A DNA stretch of 64,000 nt, taken from the NCBI GenBank assembly GCA_963849325.1, contig CAWKHF010000004.1, positions 416,001 through 480,000 on the forward strand. Reading direction: 5' to 3'. The stretch is from an uncultured Planctomycetota bacterium (lineage in GTDB: Bacteria > Planctomycetota > Planctomycetia > Gemmatales > Gemmataceae). Within the stretch, counting starts at the first letter, position 1. The number at the start of each line of letters is the position of its first letter. Position numbers and translations under genes: made by a program. This document shows, in pieces, positions 63,140 through 64,000 of this stretch. The notes under the pieces are model-generated. The model worked only from the letters and a program-made list of their open reading frames with translations, had not been told where the DNA came from and did no database searches.

Positions 63140-64000
63140 ATGGTCAACGCAAGACACGGATTCGCTCCAGCAGCAATGCACAGGAACACGGCCTTGTGTT
63201 CGCGGGCGTTCTTTCTTCTGGGTGTGCTGGGGTTCAGCCTGCCCTCCCCTGCTCAGGCCAATCCGCAAGGCGGACAGGTCGCGGCAGGTCAGGCCAGCAT
63301 CACCTCTAGCGGCAACACGCTGAACGTCACGCAAAGCACGGACAAGGCGGTCATCGATTGGCGCAGCTTCAACATCGCGGCCGATGAACGGACTGCCTTC
63401 CATCAACCGTCCTCCTCCGCGATGGCGCTCAACCGCGTCAACGACCTCAACCCTTCGCAGATTCTGGGGACACTGACGGCCAACGGTCATGTCGTGCTGG
63501 TCAACCCCAATGGGGTGTTCTTCGGACCCAGCGCGAAGATCGACGTGGCGGGTCTGGTCGCCACCACCGCCAACATCGCCAACAACGATTTTCTCGCCGG
63601 CAAGCTGAACTTCAATCAGCCGGGCAACCCCCAGGCGGCCATTATCAACCAGGGCACGATCACGGCCCAGGAGGCAGGGCTGGTGGGATTGGTGGCGCCC
63701 GTGGTGGAAAACGAGGGCGTCATTACGGCCAAGCTGGGCCAAGTGACGTTGGCCTCCGGGGACAGCTTCACGCTGGACATGGCGGGCGACCATCTGATCG
63801 AGGTGGCCGTGACCAGCGAGCTGGCACAGCAGTTGGCCAGCAACAGCGGTAAGATCGCGGCCGATGGCGGAACGGTGATGTTGACGGCGGCGGCCGGGCG
63901 GCAGCTCGTGGATGGGGTCGTCTCCAACAGCGGGGCTATCGAGGCCAACAGCATCGGGGGGACCAACGGGCATATCGTGCTCTATGCGGAAGGCGGCAAC
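63140..64000 (+). CDS. TpsA filamentous haemagglutinin-type exoprotein, N-terminal part (runs off the window)
   Basis: AAGGAG RBS, ATG 63140, signal peptide ending AQA-NPQGGQVAAG; IDWRSFNI, LNRV and LVNPNGVFFG TPS motifs. Confidence 0.92.
   Translation, partial: MVNARHGFAPAAMHRNTALCSRAFFLLGVLGFSLPSPAQANPQGGQVAAGQASITSSGNTLNVTQSTDKAVIDWRSFNIAADERTAFHQPSSSAMALNRVNDLNPSQILGTLTANGHVVLVNPNGVFFGPSAKIDVAGLVATTANIANNDFLAGKLNFNQPGNPQAAIINQGTITAQEAGLVGLVAPVVENEGVITAKLGQVTLASGDSFTLDMAGDHLIEVAVTSELAQQLASNSGKIAADGGTVMLTAAAGRQLVDGVVSNSGAIEANSIGGTNGHIVLYAEGGN

Overview
GC-rich bacterial DNA with planctomycete (Gemmataceae-like) hallmarks: a DUF1559 prepilin-type gene, an LEDRxLL extracellular signal motif and several REP-like palindrome families. 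Many conserved genes carry single-base frameshifts, which suggests uncorrected long-read indel errors. 1-17.4 kb is core chromosome: DUF1559, two paralogous secreted proteins, tRNA-Lys, a hybrid histidine kinase, clpP x2, tig, an acetyltransferase, an FAD oxidoreductase, a PQQ beta-propeller and an MFS transporter. 17.56-19.18 kb is an array of 14 atypical tRNA genes lacking CCA ends. It is preceded by what looks like a leader-peptide/terminator/antiterminator attenuator. From ~20 kb to the end is an accessory, plasmid-like region. It starts with a polymorphic toxin locus built on a ~3,480-aa secreted protein with about 17 Gly/Ser/Thr-rich ~130-140-aa repeats that are not RHS or haemagglutinin repeats. 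The locus has a conserved GNLDYxPFGxPFSDAPP junction, low-GC C-terminal toxin/immunity pairs and orphan cassettes, and is flanked by sulfotransferase/glycosyltransferase genes. A plasmid backbone follows (methylase-helicase, Rep, ParA plus RHH partner, MOBF relaxase), with eukaryote-like cargo (two ankyrin proteins, an mTERF-like 39-aa repeat protein) and a TpsB/TpsA pair cut off by the window edge. The best candidates for new systems are the non-RHS polymorphic toxin family and the attenuator-controlled tRNA array.
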